From Octopus bimaculoides (taxonomy: Eukaryota): DNA of 61,488 nt. The stretch is from positions 52,603,800 to 52,665,287 of the forward strand of contig NC_068986.1 in assembly GCF_001194135.2 (NCBI RefSeq). The letters run 5' to 3'. The translations under genes and the position numbers were made by a program. Every line of letters starts with the position of its first letter. Position 1 is the stretch's first letter. Positions 1 through 12,980 of this stretch are shown here, one piece after another. The notes under the pieces are model-generated. The model was not told where the DNA came from and did not search any database. It saw only the letters and a program-made list of their open reading frames with translations.

Positions 1-235
<235 letters not shown>

Positions 236-1279
236 TCAAGAATCGTAGACTCAAACTAATAGAAAGTTCAACCGTCAACTCGATTTCCATTCAAATAGGT
301 ATGTATCTGCCTATATCTGACAAAAGTATGAACGTTGCTCAAGTGCAATTTCCCATGTCGTCATTTTGTCGACCAACGAAATCAATATTGCTATTTTTAA
401 CGGTCTAGAATTTATTTCCAGTGTAAGCATTAGCAATGCATTTGACAGTTTGATTTTACGATGAAGTCAGGCGTTTAACAAGATGTTGATATCACAGAGT
501 GTATCTGCTAGTCCCCAAGAATATTTACCGTAGCAATAAGTATGAAATATTAGGCTGTAACTATGCTTAAATTGATGTTAAATAACTCTTCGCTTCCATG
601 GTTAAGCTGACATATTGCTGAAGGCTAGAACCATCACATCAATAGGCTGTGTTAATTCAGATATATCAATATTCTTTTACAACACAATTATCTTCAATTA
701 TTTATATGGCAGATATTTCGCTGATCCTCATGGAGTTCCACAAACTATGATGGTATTCATTAGTAACCCGCTTTCGTCCAATTATCGAATAATAAATGTG
801 ATAAACTTCAGATTTATTACATTATATTCTTCATAGACAATAAGCGAAGGAAAGTAAATTTTACGAGATACTCTAATACTTACTTTCGATTCAGCGGACA
901 AAGAGATATTCTGTCCCTCACTTTCACTCTTCCTGCCTTTCTCTCCCTCTCCCTCTCTCCCTTCTCTCTCATACATACACATTCACACACATTTATACAG
1001 ACATGTACTATTTCAATATCTATATTTGTGCATAACGGAATATTCCGTATGCTAGAAATAACAGTCAAATTTTCTCCGCATTACACTTTGCCGTCATAGA
1101 TAATGGACACTTTCCACAAAGTAATAGTTGATTTGGAAAGGAAACGATTGGTCACAGTCAGCGGAAACACTTTTCAGCATACGGTTGCTCGAACGAAGAG
1201 AACTTCCCTGGGGCTAAACAGCAACGACGTCGCCCTGCTAAAGATAACCGATTGACAACATTGGTAAATTCTTTGCGAT

Positions 1280-1428
1280 GTTTAGTTCAAATCTCCCTCA
1301 TAGACAACGTTCCCGTTCGTCCTTGTGGGGTTGATGAAATAGAAAAACTGTCAAGTACTGTATTTGATTTAATAGGCATGAACATAAATGTTATAGATAA
1401 AATAAGTACCATTTGAGTACTGGGGTCG
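1280..1428 (+). mobile_element. SINE family A, degenerate fragments
   Basis: AGTTCAAATC B-box remnant and the family 3' motif GATAAAATAAGTACCATTTGAGTACTGGGGTCG, also seen at 3557-3770 and 36455-36667. Confidence 0.5.
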
Positions 1429-3440
1429 TAAGAATTCAGCATGACGTGGACCATGACTTGATTTCATCCCGAAAGCCAGTGAATTTACCTTCAGATTCTA
1501 GTACTTCTGAAAATGTGGAAAATATCACGTGTAATTTTTTAAAGAATGTTCGAGTCTTACGTTGAACATTTGCATAGACATTTTAAATTCGTTTACTCTT
1601 ATTTAACAAAAGTTTTCAAGAAAGAAAGAAGATTATAGTCAAGTCTTATCGAAGAGTATAATTATTGTAAATTGAAGTATCGGGAAAACAAGGACTAACT
1701 ATCATCGTTGAAAATGTTAAAATGCTGTTGGGCAGACGTTTATTTTCCATTTCATGCACTGGGGTCAAGTCGTCCCTGTGAAAATTATTCCTGTCCAGAT
1801 TTTTGTTTACTATTCGTCTCAGCTCGCACGACAGTATAAAAAAAAAAGCAAAGAAATGAAAGGGTTTCAGTCGGATTTGTAACTGCATCGCCGACATGCT
1901 TTGCCAAAATCTAAACGCGTTTATACAGCACTCAAAACATGTTATCATTTCTGCAATATTCGATCTCCACTTACCTGCCAGAGTATTACATTCCATCTTT
2001 GTTTTCAAATTGTAAATATTTAGTCATAAAACTTTGAAACAAAAAATGAGGAAAATACGATGTTTCATGCTAAAAAAATCTTAAAGGAATGTAGCATGAT
2101 TAAAATTTTTAAAAGAATAAACAAATAAGCCACCACAAATAATCTTAGCACTACAAAGTAAGTGCGAAGGTATAACACAGTGAGTACACCTACAAGAAAA
2201 AACTGTAAACTATTTCTGAGGTCATCCCTGCTGTCTCAAGTAGAAAACGAATACTCAGTGGTTGTAGGCTCTGATAAAAACCAAAAAAAAAAATCTGTAT
2301 GACTACAGATGGTGGACTTGTATCACATATTCTCTCTATGAAGGCTGACCAGATATTTATCCATAAATTGTAGGTGAAATTAGCAGTGCTATGGCAGATT
2401 ACACTGATTTTCTCTACGTCCATATAATGCATATTTTCACAATTCAATGAAGAAAATTACGTGATTGCTCAACTTGTTAGAAATTGAAACAAAAAAAATC
2501 TCTCAACTCTTTTACGAAAAAGATCAAAACAAAAAATATGGTCCTGTTCTAGTTGCACTCTCTCTCTTGGGAAAAGAACAGGATAGTCATTGTTGAAAAA
2601 CGTTTAACCATAGCTTTGATTAAACAGAACAGATTTGCAAGTATTTGAAATGGCTCGCAGAGATTTGAATTCAAAGGATAAGTTAGAATATGGTAATGAG
2701 AAGACGTCTTGGCTCTTCTCTACAAAGTCAAGTCTTCTTTGACGTCAAATGCTCCTGACTCTCTGTGAATAAATCGATAATGTGTATAGACTTTAAAATG
2801 AGTATGAGGATCACGTCATTGACCAACTTTCTATAGCAGTCGGAGCAGTGAATTTAAATTTCTCAGACTAACTCCACTTAACTGTAAATTAATACTGCAA
2901 CGGGATTCACTTACAAATAGAACAGATTAAATAATTAAATATCACAGACCAGTATTTTGCTAACTTATAAGTCTGAAACCTAAGGATCACTTGGACAAGA
3001 ATAATCGCCTAATCGCCGCCAAATAAATTTGTCTTCAATATACAAATGACAAAACAGAATATTTGAATGACACCCGTGAAATTCAATGATTTATGGAGAT
3101 TTAATTTCATATAGTACACTATAATTTGGTCAATGAGAAAATACGTATCCAGTCCATCTATCTTCAAAACAGAACTACTAAATATCATTCAAATCCCATG
3201 TAACCATGTTACAAATAGGAAGAATAAACTGAACAGTGTAGACTTTGTTACTGAAAAAGATAGAATTGTCAAACGTGAAAACATCACTGCTCAAATATCT
3301 GCTCGATCAAGGTTGATCTGAGACAAAACAATAATAGCAAATGAATGTTTGTGGAATCTTTATGATTTATTAGATTACAACACTTTGAACACACGTATTA
3401 AATTGTAACACACCACAGTTTTAGCAATATATTTTAACAC

Positions 3441-3540
3441 TGGTTTCAAATTTTGGCTCAGTGTCACTGTCAGCAACTTCGGAGAAGTGGCGAAGTCGAT
3501 TACATCGACCCCAATGCTAAACTGGCAAATATATTTTGAT
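3441..3540 (-). mobile_element. SINE family A, 3' fragment
   Basis: TGGTTTCAAATTTTGG (3441-3456) is the exact reverse complement of 3751-3766; GTCGATTACATCGACCCC is the antisense family-A core. Confidence 0.75.
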
Positions 3541-3556
3541 ATTACAAAAATAAAAA

Positions 3557-3770
3557 GCGGCGAAGCGGTAGAATCGTTAGCACACCGGGCTAAGTGCTTT
3601 GCGGCATGTCATCCGGTTTTAAGTTCTGAGTTCAAATTCTGCCGAGGTCGACTTTGCAATCATTCTTTCGAGGTCGATCAAATAAGTATCAGATGAGCAC
3701 AGGGATCGATGTAATCGACTAGCCCCTTCCCCGAAGTTACTGACCATGTTCCAAAATTTGAAACCAATAT
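3557..3770 (+). mobile_element. tRNA-derived SINE family A, near full length
   Basis: Head GCGGCGAAGCGGTAGAATCGTTAGC (A-box-like), B-box GAGTTCAAATTC, core GATCAAATAAGTATCAG...GATCGATGTAATCGACT; multiple paralogues in the window. Probably one of the described octopod tRNA-SINE families; name not assigned. Confidence 0.85.
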
Positions 3771-4159
3771 TGCAAGAAGGAAAAATAGACCTAATATACG
3801 ATGCTAAAGGATGATGGGCATGCCGATAAAAGTATTTTACACTGTACTGGACTATATTGCTGAGAATTAATCGATTAATTGATTTTCCCCATCTCTATTT
3901 ATTTCGAGCTATAATGTTGACTAGTGAACAATTATCTATTCATGTGGAGTACCCTTTTTGAGATTCTGTAAAAGTGGAATAATAACTTGATTTTTTAATC
4001 TTATATCAGAAACATCGGGTTAAACTTACGCGAATTTCCCCTGGATTTCATTTCAGGCTTGTAAATGCTTTGGTCCATGAAACAATTACGAGGTTAAACA
4101 GAAGCAGCACCCATTATCATATGAAATTAACTCAATTCTCCCTTTTGTAAGCAGTTTAT

Positions 4160-4445
4160 ATTTATTGTTGTTGTTTAACTTGAAGTCAACCCTAACGAAG
4201 TAGACATATGGATGAAAAGCGTAACAGAGATAATTTCCCCATCCATCTATGGATATTTAAGACTGGATTATTAATATTTGTGTTAATTCTCCAAGACGAC
4301 AACGTCTAGATTTGAGTGAACTAGAGTAGTTCATATTTATTTCCTGATGATAGAGGAAGAATAAATTTCCAGTTAATACCAGTGAATGAGAAATTCGAAC
4401 TTATGACCTTTTGTCGATACTGACCACCCACTTATCCAATCGGTT
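4160..4445 (-). mobile_element. SINE-like family D copy
   Basis: Antisense tail TTGTTGTTGTTTAACTTGAAGTCAACCCT and an antisense tRNA-like head containing AGTTCGAATT near 4395-4440. Confidence 0.5.
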
Positions 4446-5274
4446 ACTGTCACTTTTAAGCTCAACACCCACGCAACGCAAATATACCAAATTGGATCTT
4501 CATCTAATATCATGTTCTGATCACGTAAATGCTATAATCCTTTGATCAAAGAATGAAATGCAACCATAAATCTCTAGCTAGAAAATGTCTTAACGATTGT
4601 CTAGATGACGTGAAGAAGATAGATGTGTGCCAGACAATAAGACAGAAAGCATCTCGTTTTTCAATTGATATTAGTTTTATTATTAGAGATTGGTGCACTA
4701 ATGGTTTCGTCTATGGATTTGATTGTGTTTTGTTTTCGTAGTATCCATTCCGAACGAGACTTGAATGATTAAACGAAGAAAGCAATAAAGAAGTAAGTAA
4801 ATAATTGAATAATTGAATAAAAACATAAATGAAATATTTTGATAGTGGCTGCGTTAGTTTATTGGATGTGATGTTACTTCGTAATAGAGTTTAAGAGTTT
4901 CAAGTTGAGGTCTTATACCAATTACTCGTATAAGAACTCATGGGGTTGTTCGTATCGTGTATTATTATCGACCAGACTATCGGATATACTTATAAATTAC
5001 TGGTCATTATGCGCTTCCATTCTTCCTTTGATTGTGTCCGTGTCTTTCATTTAGGCGTCGAATTGTTTGACTCTCTCCTCTTCCCATCGACTTGGTGGCC
5101 TCTTCCGATTCCTTGGATATTATCAATAACTATACGTACCCATCTGTTGTCTATCAGTTTTGCGCTATATTCGGCCCAGGAGAAATTGATCTTTCAGTAA
5201 TGTGCAATTACATTATTCACTCCACTCCATTCTCGAATTATCTCGGTTTGGATATACTCCTACAATGACAGTAT

Positions 5275-5597
5275 CAAAATACACAGCATAAAAAACAACA
5301 TACATGCTGTCGTCTCAAAGCGTAGCACATGGCCAAGTAGCGGTGAAAAGCGATGCAATTGCAGAAGTGAAGGTGTTGGGAGAGATAAATATATGTAGAC
5401 GTATAAACGCTGAAATCTCGCACTGAAAAAAAGGCAGGATAGAAGACGTTTGAATCGATTAAAGATGTGTGCACCGCAGAGTTCTACAAGACCCCGCGAC
5501 CTCTTCAATTGCACTACCCTATCTGTACTCTTATACGCAAGTGAGAGGTGAGCTACTACAAAGAAAGGGAGACCAGCGAATGGACACGAGACAGAGT
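5275..5597 (+). mobile_element. RTE-clade non-LTR retrotransposon relic (C-terminal RT region)
   Basis: Frameshifted translation: INAEISH*KKAG*KTFESIKDV...LFNCTTLSVLLYASER*ATTKK..QR, matching the RTE motif AEISRRKKAGW...LFNSTVLPxLLYASETWATTKKEE. Confidence 0.7.
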
Positions 5598-5617
5598 ACT
5601 TTTTATAATTATATATA

Positions 5618-5828
5618 TTGGTGTGTGTGTGTGTTTGTATATTTATATGTATGTATGCATGCATGTTTCCATGTATGTATATATTTGTGTGTGTGTGTAC
5701 ATACATATATACACACACACACATGCATAGGTACATACATTCTTACATACATACATACATACATACATACACACACACACATACATACATACATACATAC
5801 ATACATACATACATACATACATACATAC
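5618..5828. repeat. Compound (TG)n/(TATG)n/(CA)n/(CATA)n microsatellite
   Basis: Direct reading of the sequence. Confidence 0.95.
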
Positions 5829-6526
5829 AACACTTTGATATTAGGCTTTTCATAGGTTTGAATTATTACCAATAAAATGTCCCGCAAAAACTATTTTCCA
5901 AATATTCTTGTCAACTCCAGCACATCATAATCCAGTGGTATTTATCTTAAATATAAATAATATAAGCTATGTGAATTAGCAGATGTAGTACAAGCAACGT
6001 ATCGAATACCTTGAAATATTTGCTTGCGACCATTTATATTCTGATATCCTTGTACTTCCGAAGTTGATATTATCCCGTAACCTTCCTGGGGCTGATAATA
6101 TAGGTATCAGTCAAATATTTTGTCTTGATATAAACAATCATAGCCTTCTCCCAACAAACTACCAAAATATATGATGTTATGCCTGTTAGGACTCGTATTA
6201 GTATTACACATAAGACAATTCGCAAAAGAGTTTAGCGGATTTGAAGAGCGAAATAATCTAATGTTGTTACTCTTTCGAGAAAGTGAGTATAGTAATACAC
6301 AACTTGATAACGCTGTAGGGCTGTCAGTGGAAACTCATTTAAAGTATATTCATTTGTAATTCAGTTCGCACATTTTTGAATAAACTTCAGGCATTTGTGA
6401 ATAATATATATGCCTACCTTTATGGTATTATAAAATTCATGCATTAGAGAAGCTTCTACAGAAAAGCAGGTGATCAATTATTTTGAAATATCCTAAGTGA
6501 TAATTGCAGCCCTAAGAAAGAACTTA

Positions 6527-6785
6527 TTCGTATCCAGTCAACTTGCTAGAAATATCAAACAGCCCCCCCCCATCACACACACTGCCATCTTGAAAAGCGA
6601 AAGACAGTTCACACATTGTAGTTCTACATATACAAAATTTGGATGATTACAGGTGGAAGGTTTTTCATCATATGTTTGTTCCAAAAGGGCCGACACGAGG
6701 CAAGTATTAAAAAAAATGAGATAGCCGTGTAACCCAGGTCAGCCCTGAATGACGAGACTAATGATTAAATGAGTTCCATCGTTTT
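6527..6785. mobile_element. SINE-like family D: sense copy followed by an antisense tail
   Basis: Sense CAACTTGCTAGAAATATCAAAC...CATCACAC body; AACCCAGGTCAGCCCTGA at about 6731 is the family tail in antisense. Confidence 0.55.
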
Positions 6786-7137
6786 GTATATGTTTTGTGC
6801 TTTCCAATACGGGTTTCATTATAGAAAATGATAGAAAATATTGAATGCCATTCTGCTAGTGTTTCTCATGTCAGGGTGACCATGACAAACTAGTCACACT
6901 GAAGATGACTGAAGACTTTGAAATGAAAAGAAGTTGCGCACCCTTACTCACCCGTCCGTGACTATCTTCAATCCGATGGCAAGACGTCTTTACTCAATTC
7001 AAGAAACTGGAAATAGAGATGGATGCAGTGGATGACTAATATGTCTTGCTTCCTTCATTTGCTGTCTAACTGATCAAACATTCCCGCAAATAACTCCGTC
7101 GTACGTTTTAATTAGATCTTCAGAAGATTTTATCTTA

Positions 7138-8297
7138 CGAGGTTCGGCTGAAAACTTCATAGGCTAACGAAGATACTCGCTTGGAATATGACCAAAACAG
7201 GTTTATTCCTCCTTTCGGTCCACACACTTCTTTCATCGGTGTTGCAGTGCTGCTTGAATCTCATTTGTGAAGAAGCTTTAATCAACAGCGGATATGACCT
7301 CATCAAGTGTATCTTCATGTTGGGGAATAACTGATAGCCAGATAGGACCAAATCAGGTGATGAACCGGCTCAAAGCCACAGTCACGCATAGCAGCCATTG
7401 AAAACAAGGACATCGTGATGAAGTATTGTCCCCTTCCGTCAAGGTCTCCTGATAGCCTTTCATAACTGCCTCAGCAAGTTAGCATAGTACCCTCCATTGA
7501 TGTTGTGGCCCCTTTGAAAATAGTCAATAAAAACAGTTACATCCCTCAAAGATTGATTCCATTACCGTCCCTGCAGATGAAATGACCCTGGCTTGCTTTC
7601 TTTAGAACAGATGAAGAGGAGTATTTCCACTGCATGAATTGTCTATGCGTCTCTAACTCAAAGTGATGACGCCAACACTCATCCTAGATTAGGAATCGTT
7701 CAGCTGGGTCTTTCTCAAACAATGTCAGATTTTCCCGTGATGTAATAAGCCTGATGCATTTTTGATCAGAAAACTTCGTCGTACCCAGTTCATTGTGTAG
7801 AATATTCTCAACACTCTCGGTGGATATGCTAATAGTATCGACTATTTGACCTATAATCAATCCCCTGTCATTCAATCACCCTGTGGTGAACACGATCAAT
7901 GTTTTCGTCGATGATAGCTGTTGCAGGGAGTCCGGATCTTGGGTCACCTTCAAGGATCTTTCTTCCCCACCGAAATACAGCTGCCCGCTTTTGCACTGTT
8001 GATACATTTGGAGCGTCGTCCTCTAATCATTAGAGTCTAATGTAACAAGCATGTAAGCATGAATATCCTTGGGAGCTAAACCGTTTTTCTGCAGGCACGT
8101 GGCCAAATTTTGTCCATTTTCAATAGAAGTCGTAAGTAGATACATTTAAACATTTCTTTCAACTGCCAGGTGTCTATTTACACGGAAAGAAACAATGCAG
8201 TTATTAATAAGAATATTTGAAGCTAATGGATGCAAAATTTCACGACTCCAGCATTATTTCTTCATATTCAGCTTATGATCTTTTCAGCCCAACCTTG
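7138..8297 (-). mobile_element. Mariner (DD34D-type) transposon, full extent, inactivated
   Basis: TA-flanked TIRs (CGAGGTTCGGCTGAAAACTTCATAGGCT vs reverse complement of the right end CAAGGTTGGGCTGAAAAGATCATAAGCT). Minus-strand relic from ATG 8117: MDKIW...GDPRSGLPATAI...DECWRHHFE...SPDLVLSGYQLFPNMK, with stops and frameshifts. Confidence 0.92.
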
Positions 8298-8419
8298 TAG
8301 TATTCAATTTAAGCCTTTGATATTTCTGTTAAGTATTCATGCTCACAGTTGAAATACTTAGATATATGTCTGCTCAATAAGAGATGGAGTCAAGGCCACT
8401 TTTAAAGCTCTTTTAAGTA

Positions 8420-8520
8420 AGAGTTTCGCTAGACTGAACAGACCAATGAACAAATACATTCTAGCCGTGACCAGACTGTTTTTTGTATATTAGCTACTCT
8501 GTAGTCCAACCTATATCATT
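8420..8520 (-). mobile_element. SINE-like family D fragment
   Basis: Antisense GGTCACGGCTAGAATGTATTTGTTCATTGGTCTG resembles the family D 3' body. Confidence 0.45.
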
Positions 8521-8703
8521 TTATTTACGATAATTTTAGTTGCTATGTCTAACTGATCGAATGGATGCGTTAATAACTCCCTTGTAAGTTTCAATTATAG
8601 CCTAAGAAAATCTCATCCTAATATTTAAATTAATCCGTTGATATTTCTGTGTCGTGTTTATGTAATTATCTGTCTAAAAGGTGGTCTTATTATTGCTTTT
8701 ATT

Positions 8704-8802
<99 letters not shown>

Positions 8803-8803
8803 G
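8704..8803. repeat. (GTA)n(GTT)n microsatellite
   Basis: Direct reading; explains the poly-Val ORF. Confidence 0.97.
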
Positions 8804-9149
8804 ATGTTATTCTCGTTTGTTTTTGTCATAATTATCCGTTGATAATTTGTCACTAATAGCGGTTTGACATTTACGTTTCTATTGATATGATCATTTCTGT
8901 TCTTATGAAATACAGTTTCCTTAAAGCAACCGAAGCTTACATTTTCTAATCGTTTGTTTAATTTCGTTGGTTTATTCTTTTCTTTATTATTCCGTTCAAT
9001 TTGCTGAGTTTACTTTTTCATTCATAATTTTGCTTAGAAAGATCTTTCTCATTATATACAGCGTGCAAAATTATATCATTTCAGCATGACAGCTAAAATT
9101 AAATAAAATAAGGTACGATACGTGGAATATAATACTTATTCTTGTTGTT

Positions 9150-10184
9150 GTAGGGTGCCTTTAGTAGAGATAGTATCTTTAGTCCATAGTACACTGCTCT
9201 CTACCTTGTAGGACGGATGGGCATTACTTGCAGTCACTCATCTCTTAAATCTCTCATGCGCTTGCTCCAAGTATTACACCGCTGTACAGCGCCTCAGATG
9301 GAGGTTCAAAGCACATAAGCGAGGTTTAATACTGAACGACTATACGGGTGGAGGGCTGCGCCAACGGTCAACAGTCAAGCTGGAGGCGACTCAAGAAAAC
9401 TAACGACCAGGTGTCCGTTACTGAAGACAGCCACCTCTATACTTCGTGGACCTCAGCTACTAGACAACAGAGACAGCTTCACTTACAGTCTCTTTCCTAA
9501 ATGCAAATGGTTAGGCTTCAGGGTAGTACCTTGTCCTAAAAAAACCCTCATGCTACGCAAACAGTTCAAAATGCAAAAGCATCTCAGCTACTCAGGACAA
9601 TAGTCGTTTCCTTCTGGAGACAGTATGAAGGACGTTGATAAAAGCCTCTCTGAGGAAGCCACCGCACTGACAAACAAAGTTTTATGTACGACAGCGATTA
9701 TGCGCATCTTAACAGCTTACACTGACCTTCGTTTGAGGATATCATATGAGCGCATGGCATACATGCCAAGGTCATTACATCCATTGAGCATATCTACGCA
9801 AATTCAAAGTGCTGCGTAACATCAGAAGTTGAGATGACCAGTGTCCAGTGTCCACCACTATCTGCAAGCATCAACCGAGTTAATTGGGACATGTTCTAAG
9901 ACTCTTGATGAACGGAGTCACCAACCAAGTCCTTAAATGGAGTCCACAGTGGCAATGGTGCAGGAGACGTCCCAAGAGGAAATGGCACCAGACGATCAAC
10001 AAGGATCTTCAGACGATAAACCTATGTTAGAATGATGCACTGAGGGCGGTTTTCTGACCGATCCTGCTGGACTACTTTGACTATTTCATGCGTTGCCAAA
10101 CGCGAGAGTACCTATGTCAAAGCTGAATGTCTATGACGAAACAGATCTACGATGAATAGAAATATTATAAGCGGGACCAGCTAC

Positions 10185-10185
<1 letters not shown>
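9150..10185 (+). mobile_element. RTE-clade LINE derivative: 5'-UTR-like region joined to the ORF2 3' end
   Basis: 3' translation GHVLRLLMNGVTNQVLKWSPQWQWCRRRPKRKWHQTINKDL matches the RTE C-terminus (GHVLR...W.P...RGRP..W...I..DL). The upstream GC-richer block with GGTTAGGCTTCAGGGTAGTACCTTGTCCTAAAAAAACCC is RTE 5'-UTR-like. No EN or RT core is visible between them. Confidence 0.7.

Positions 10186-10187
<2 letters not shown>

Positions 10188-10252
<65 letters not shown>
10188..10252. repeat. (TAT)n microsatellite
   Basis: Direct reading; may be the RTE 3' tail. Confidence 0.95.
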
Positions 10253-10253
<1 letters not shown>

Positions 10254-10254
10254 C

Positions 10255-10360
10255 TGGTCTAATGTGTCTAGGATCACATTATCTTTGGTGTCTTTCCATT
10301 TTTTAAAAATACGTGGAGTTTGGCTTGAGAGATGTTTGGCTATTCTTTCTAACAGAAAGA
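10255..10360 (-). mobile_element. SINE-like family D fragment
   Basis: Antisense body ...GTTTGGCTTGAGAGATGTTTGGCTATTCTTTCTAAC, complementary to the sense copies at 6527 and 20599. Confidence 0.55.
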
Positions 10361-10534
10361 GTCTTCTTGTAAAACTCCCCTTTCTTTTGTAAAAAGAGAT
10401 TTTTCTTATTTATTTTCACAACCAGATAGTGGTGAAAGACAAAGGTGACCTAAATGAGATTTGAACATTAAATATTGAACCAAAGAATAAAAAAAATACT
10501 AGAGAAAGACATTTCCCTTTATTTTATTAATTCA

Positions 10535-10616
10535 CTCGACTTGCTAGAAAAAGTAGACAAATATATTTCAAATGTCGCTCGACTTGCTAGAAAAAGTAGA
10601 CAAATGTATTTCAAAT
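10535..10616 (+). repeat. 43-bp-period tandem duplication of a family D segment
   Basis: CTCGACTTGCTAGAAAAAGTAGACAAAT(A/G)TATTTCAAAT at 10535 and 10578, one mismatch. Confidence 0.9.
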
Positions 10617-11743
10617 CACAGGTTATAAACACATTGTCGGTGTAGTTTTAGATGCCCTGTTGTGGTTCATAGTTTTATCTAATGAAAGATGACCTGAGTC
10701 TACACAGCAACCATATTCTTTCTATACATTGCAACGAATTGCTGAAAATAGTGATGTAAAGCTTAATGATACTTAGTAGTTTCTATTTTAAACCATTAGT
10801 GATGATGTATAGAATATTGTTGTTGTGTAAACGTATAACCGTCTTTTATACATTGATGACTTGTAGGCACACGGTATTTTGTTATGCAACCAAAATATGT
10901 AACAAAGTATATTGAACGTTTTTGTAAGTCAATACAATGTACTGCTGTGTTAGCAGTGCACCTAAATCACGTGTTAGAGATGACCTTAAATCATCTTTTA
11001 TACTGTAAACATGTGAGGAAATGTACCATAACCATTACAATCCCATTCGTTATTCATACGCAGTGTATCTGTATTTTTATTATCCAATGTGTCCACGTAC
11101 TTTTTGAAGATAGATAAAGTGCCATATGAAGATGACGCTATTTCAAGATTTGTCTAGCAAATTGAACGACTCTGTAAATTTCCAAACACACAACCTGTAT
11201 GTTAAAATGTATAAGGTTAGGAATACATTATAGTGTAGGGATTATACGTGTGAACGCGCACGTAGGATGACAAGAAGCTAAAACAAGTGGTTGAGAAGTT
11301 CATTTTGTAATCATAAAGCCTACCTCACATCGTTCGATCGCTTTTCTTGGCATCTTGAGCAACCGTTTTGTACTCTAGCTTCGAGCTGACAAATTTCTTG
11401 TGAATAAAACGGGATATACACAAACGAGCTTCAACTTCCCCGACAGTGTCGTGCCAGTTAAAGTTGAGTATTACGTTAAAAAGTAGAATTGCCTATGGAA
11501 TACTTAACCACATATGTTATAATGAATTGATGGAACAATACTGGAATACTTATCGTTAAAACCCGTGAAAGATTTATTATTATTTTACTTTTATGTGTGC
11601 GTTTGTGCATTTGTGTGTGTTCTGTCATTGTCTTTTAATGCTTAGGTATGGTAATGGTCAAGAAAAAATGGCAGAACGAATGCAATGTAACCTGGAGAAA
11701 TCGAATACATCTCTATGAGCAACTGAGACATTTATGAGTTATA

Positions 11744-11945
11744 CGATCGGCTGCTGAGAAGTTCACGGCTTTGGTTAAAAGAAAATACAGGGGAATCAGT
11801 TAATTATGATTTTCTGTCAGATTCACACACATATTGCAGCGATCCTTCAGTTTTTCTAAGCCCTGTAAAAGAACTCGAAAAATTGGGCCTCCAATGAGGC
11901 CTTTCGTGACAGTCTTAAAGCCAGGAACTTTTCAGCACCCCCAAG
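11744..11945. mobile_element. Mariner-derived MITE (~200 bp)
   Basis: TA at 11742-43 and 11946-47; TIRs CGATCGGCTGCTGAGAAGTTCACGGCTTT vs reverse complement of the right end CTTGGGGGTGCTGAAAAGTTCCTGGCTTT; non-coding interior. Confidence 0.85.
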
Positions 11946-12564
11946 TATTTTGTAATAGCTGGAATGTGTGGATCATTTAAAAGTTAAAATGTGTGCTTTC
12001 CTGTCGTCAGCTCAGCGCATAATTGGTTTAATTAACTATAAATGTCATCGATACTAAAACGAACGAATTAATATTGGAGAAACATAGTAGCTTTATCAGG
12101 ACGCAGCTTCGTAAATAGAGTTAAATGTCAATGGCATGCCTGTTGTAGACAAGGTTATACGACTAAGATAAGGAATATTGTCGTCTAATATCATACAAAT
12201 GATATCAAGTTAGGTATTTAGTAAATAATCTAATATCACTTAATTCTTACCTAGGTCATCGGGTATAGTCCAACATTCAATTCACAGATACATAATGCAA
12301 TAAAAGTTTTATATCATTACATATAATGAGTTCTGCTTCGTTAGCACTTCATCTAAATTTTAACTTTGAAAACATGAACAAGTAAATAAATATTAACATG
12401 ACGCTGTGACACAGAAAAACATTGAAACGGTCTTTAAGGAATATATATATGTTTGGGGGTGGGGTGCGCGCTTGTATGTGTGTGCATCTATGTCTATGTA
12501 TTTGTGTATGTAAGTAGTTGGAAATATATGAAGTGTAGATGGAGACAGATATGATATCGTTAAT

Positions 12565-12778
12565 ACTGCTTTCGAATTTTGACAAAAGGCCAGCAATTCT
12601 GTGGGTCTGAGTAAATCGATTACATTAACCTCAGTACTCAACTGGCAATTCCTTTACCAACCACGAAAGGATGAAAAGCCAAGTCGACCTTGACGGAATT
12701 TGAACTCAGAATGAAAAGACGGACAAAATGCCGCGAAGCATTTTCCCCGTTCGCTAACGATTCTGCCGGCTCTCCTTG
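12565..12778 (-). mobile_element. SINE family A, near full length
   Basis: Antisense of the 3557 copy: GAATTTGAACTCAGAA (B box) and CTAACGATTCTGCCGGCTCTCC (head). Confidence 0.85.
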
Positions 12779-12807
12779 ATGCCGTTAATATTGACGACAA
12801 TCGCAAG

Positions 12808-12980
12808 ACTAAGGGATCAGCAGAATCGCTGGAGTAATGGAGGGAATACTTTGAGGTATTTAGTTACGTCTCTTTTTCTATACTTTGAGTTCAACTCTCG
12901 CTCTGCTGTACTTTACTTCTTTTTCTGAGGTTGACCAAATAAAACACCTGTGCTGTGCTACAACAATGTAATTGATTATA
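12808..12980 (+). mobile_element. SINE family A, strongly diverged
   Basis: GCAGAATCG head, TGAGTTCAAC B box, GAGGTTGACCAAATAA core and ATGTAATTGATT in the family order. Confidence 0.6.

Noticed and set aside
240-870. Decayed coding-like sequence on the minus strand
   Set aside because: It has multiple stops and no motif I could assign to a family.
5469-5887. ORFs rich in HT/YI/CV/VC dipeptides throughout the window
   Set aside because: They are translations of (CA)n, (TA)n, (TG)n and (CATA)n microsatellites.
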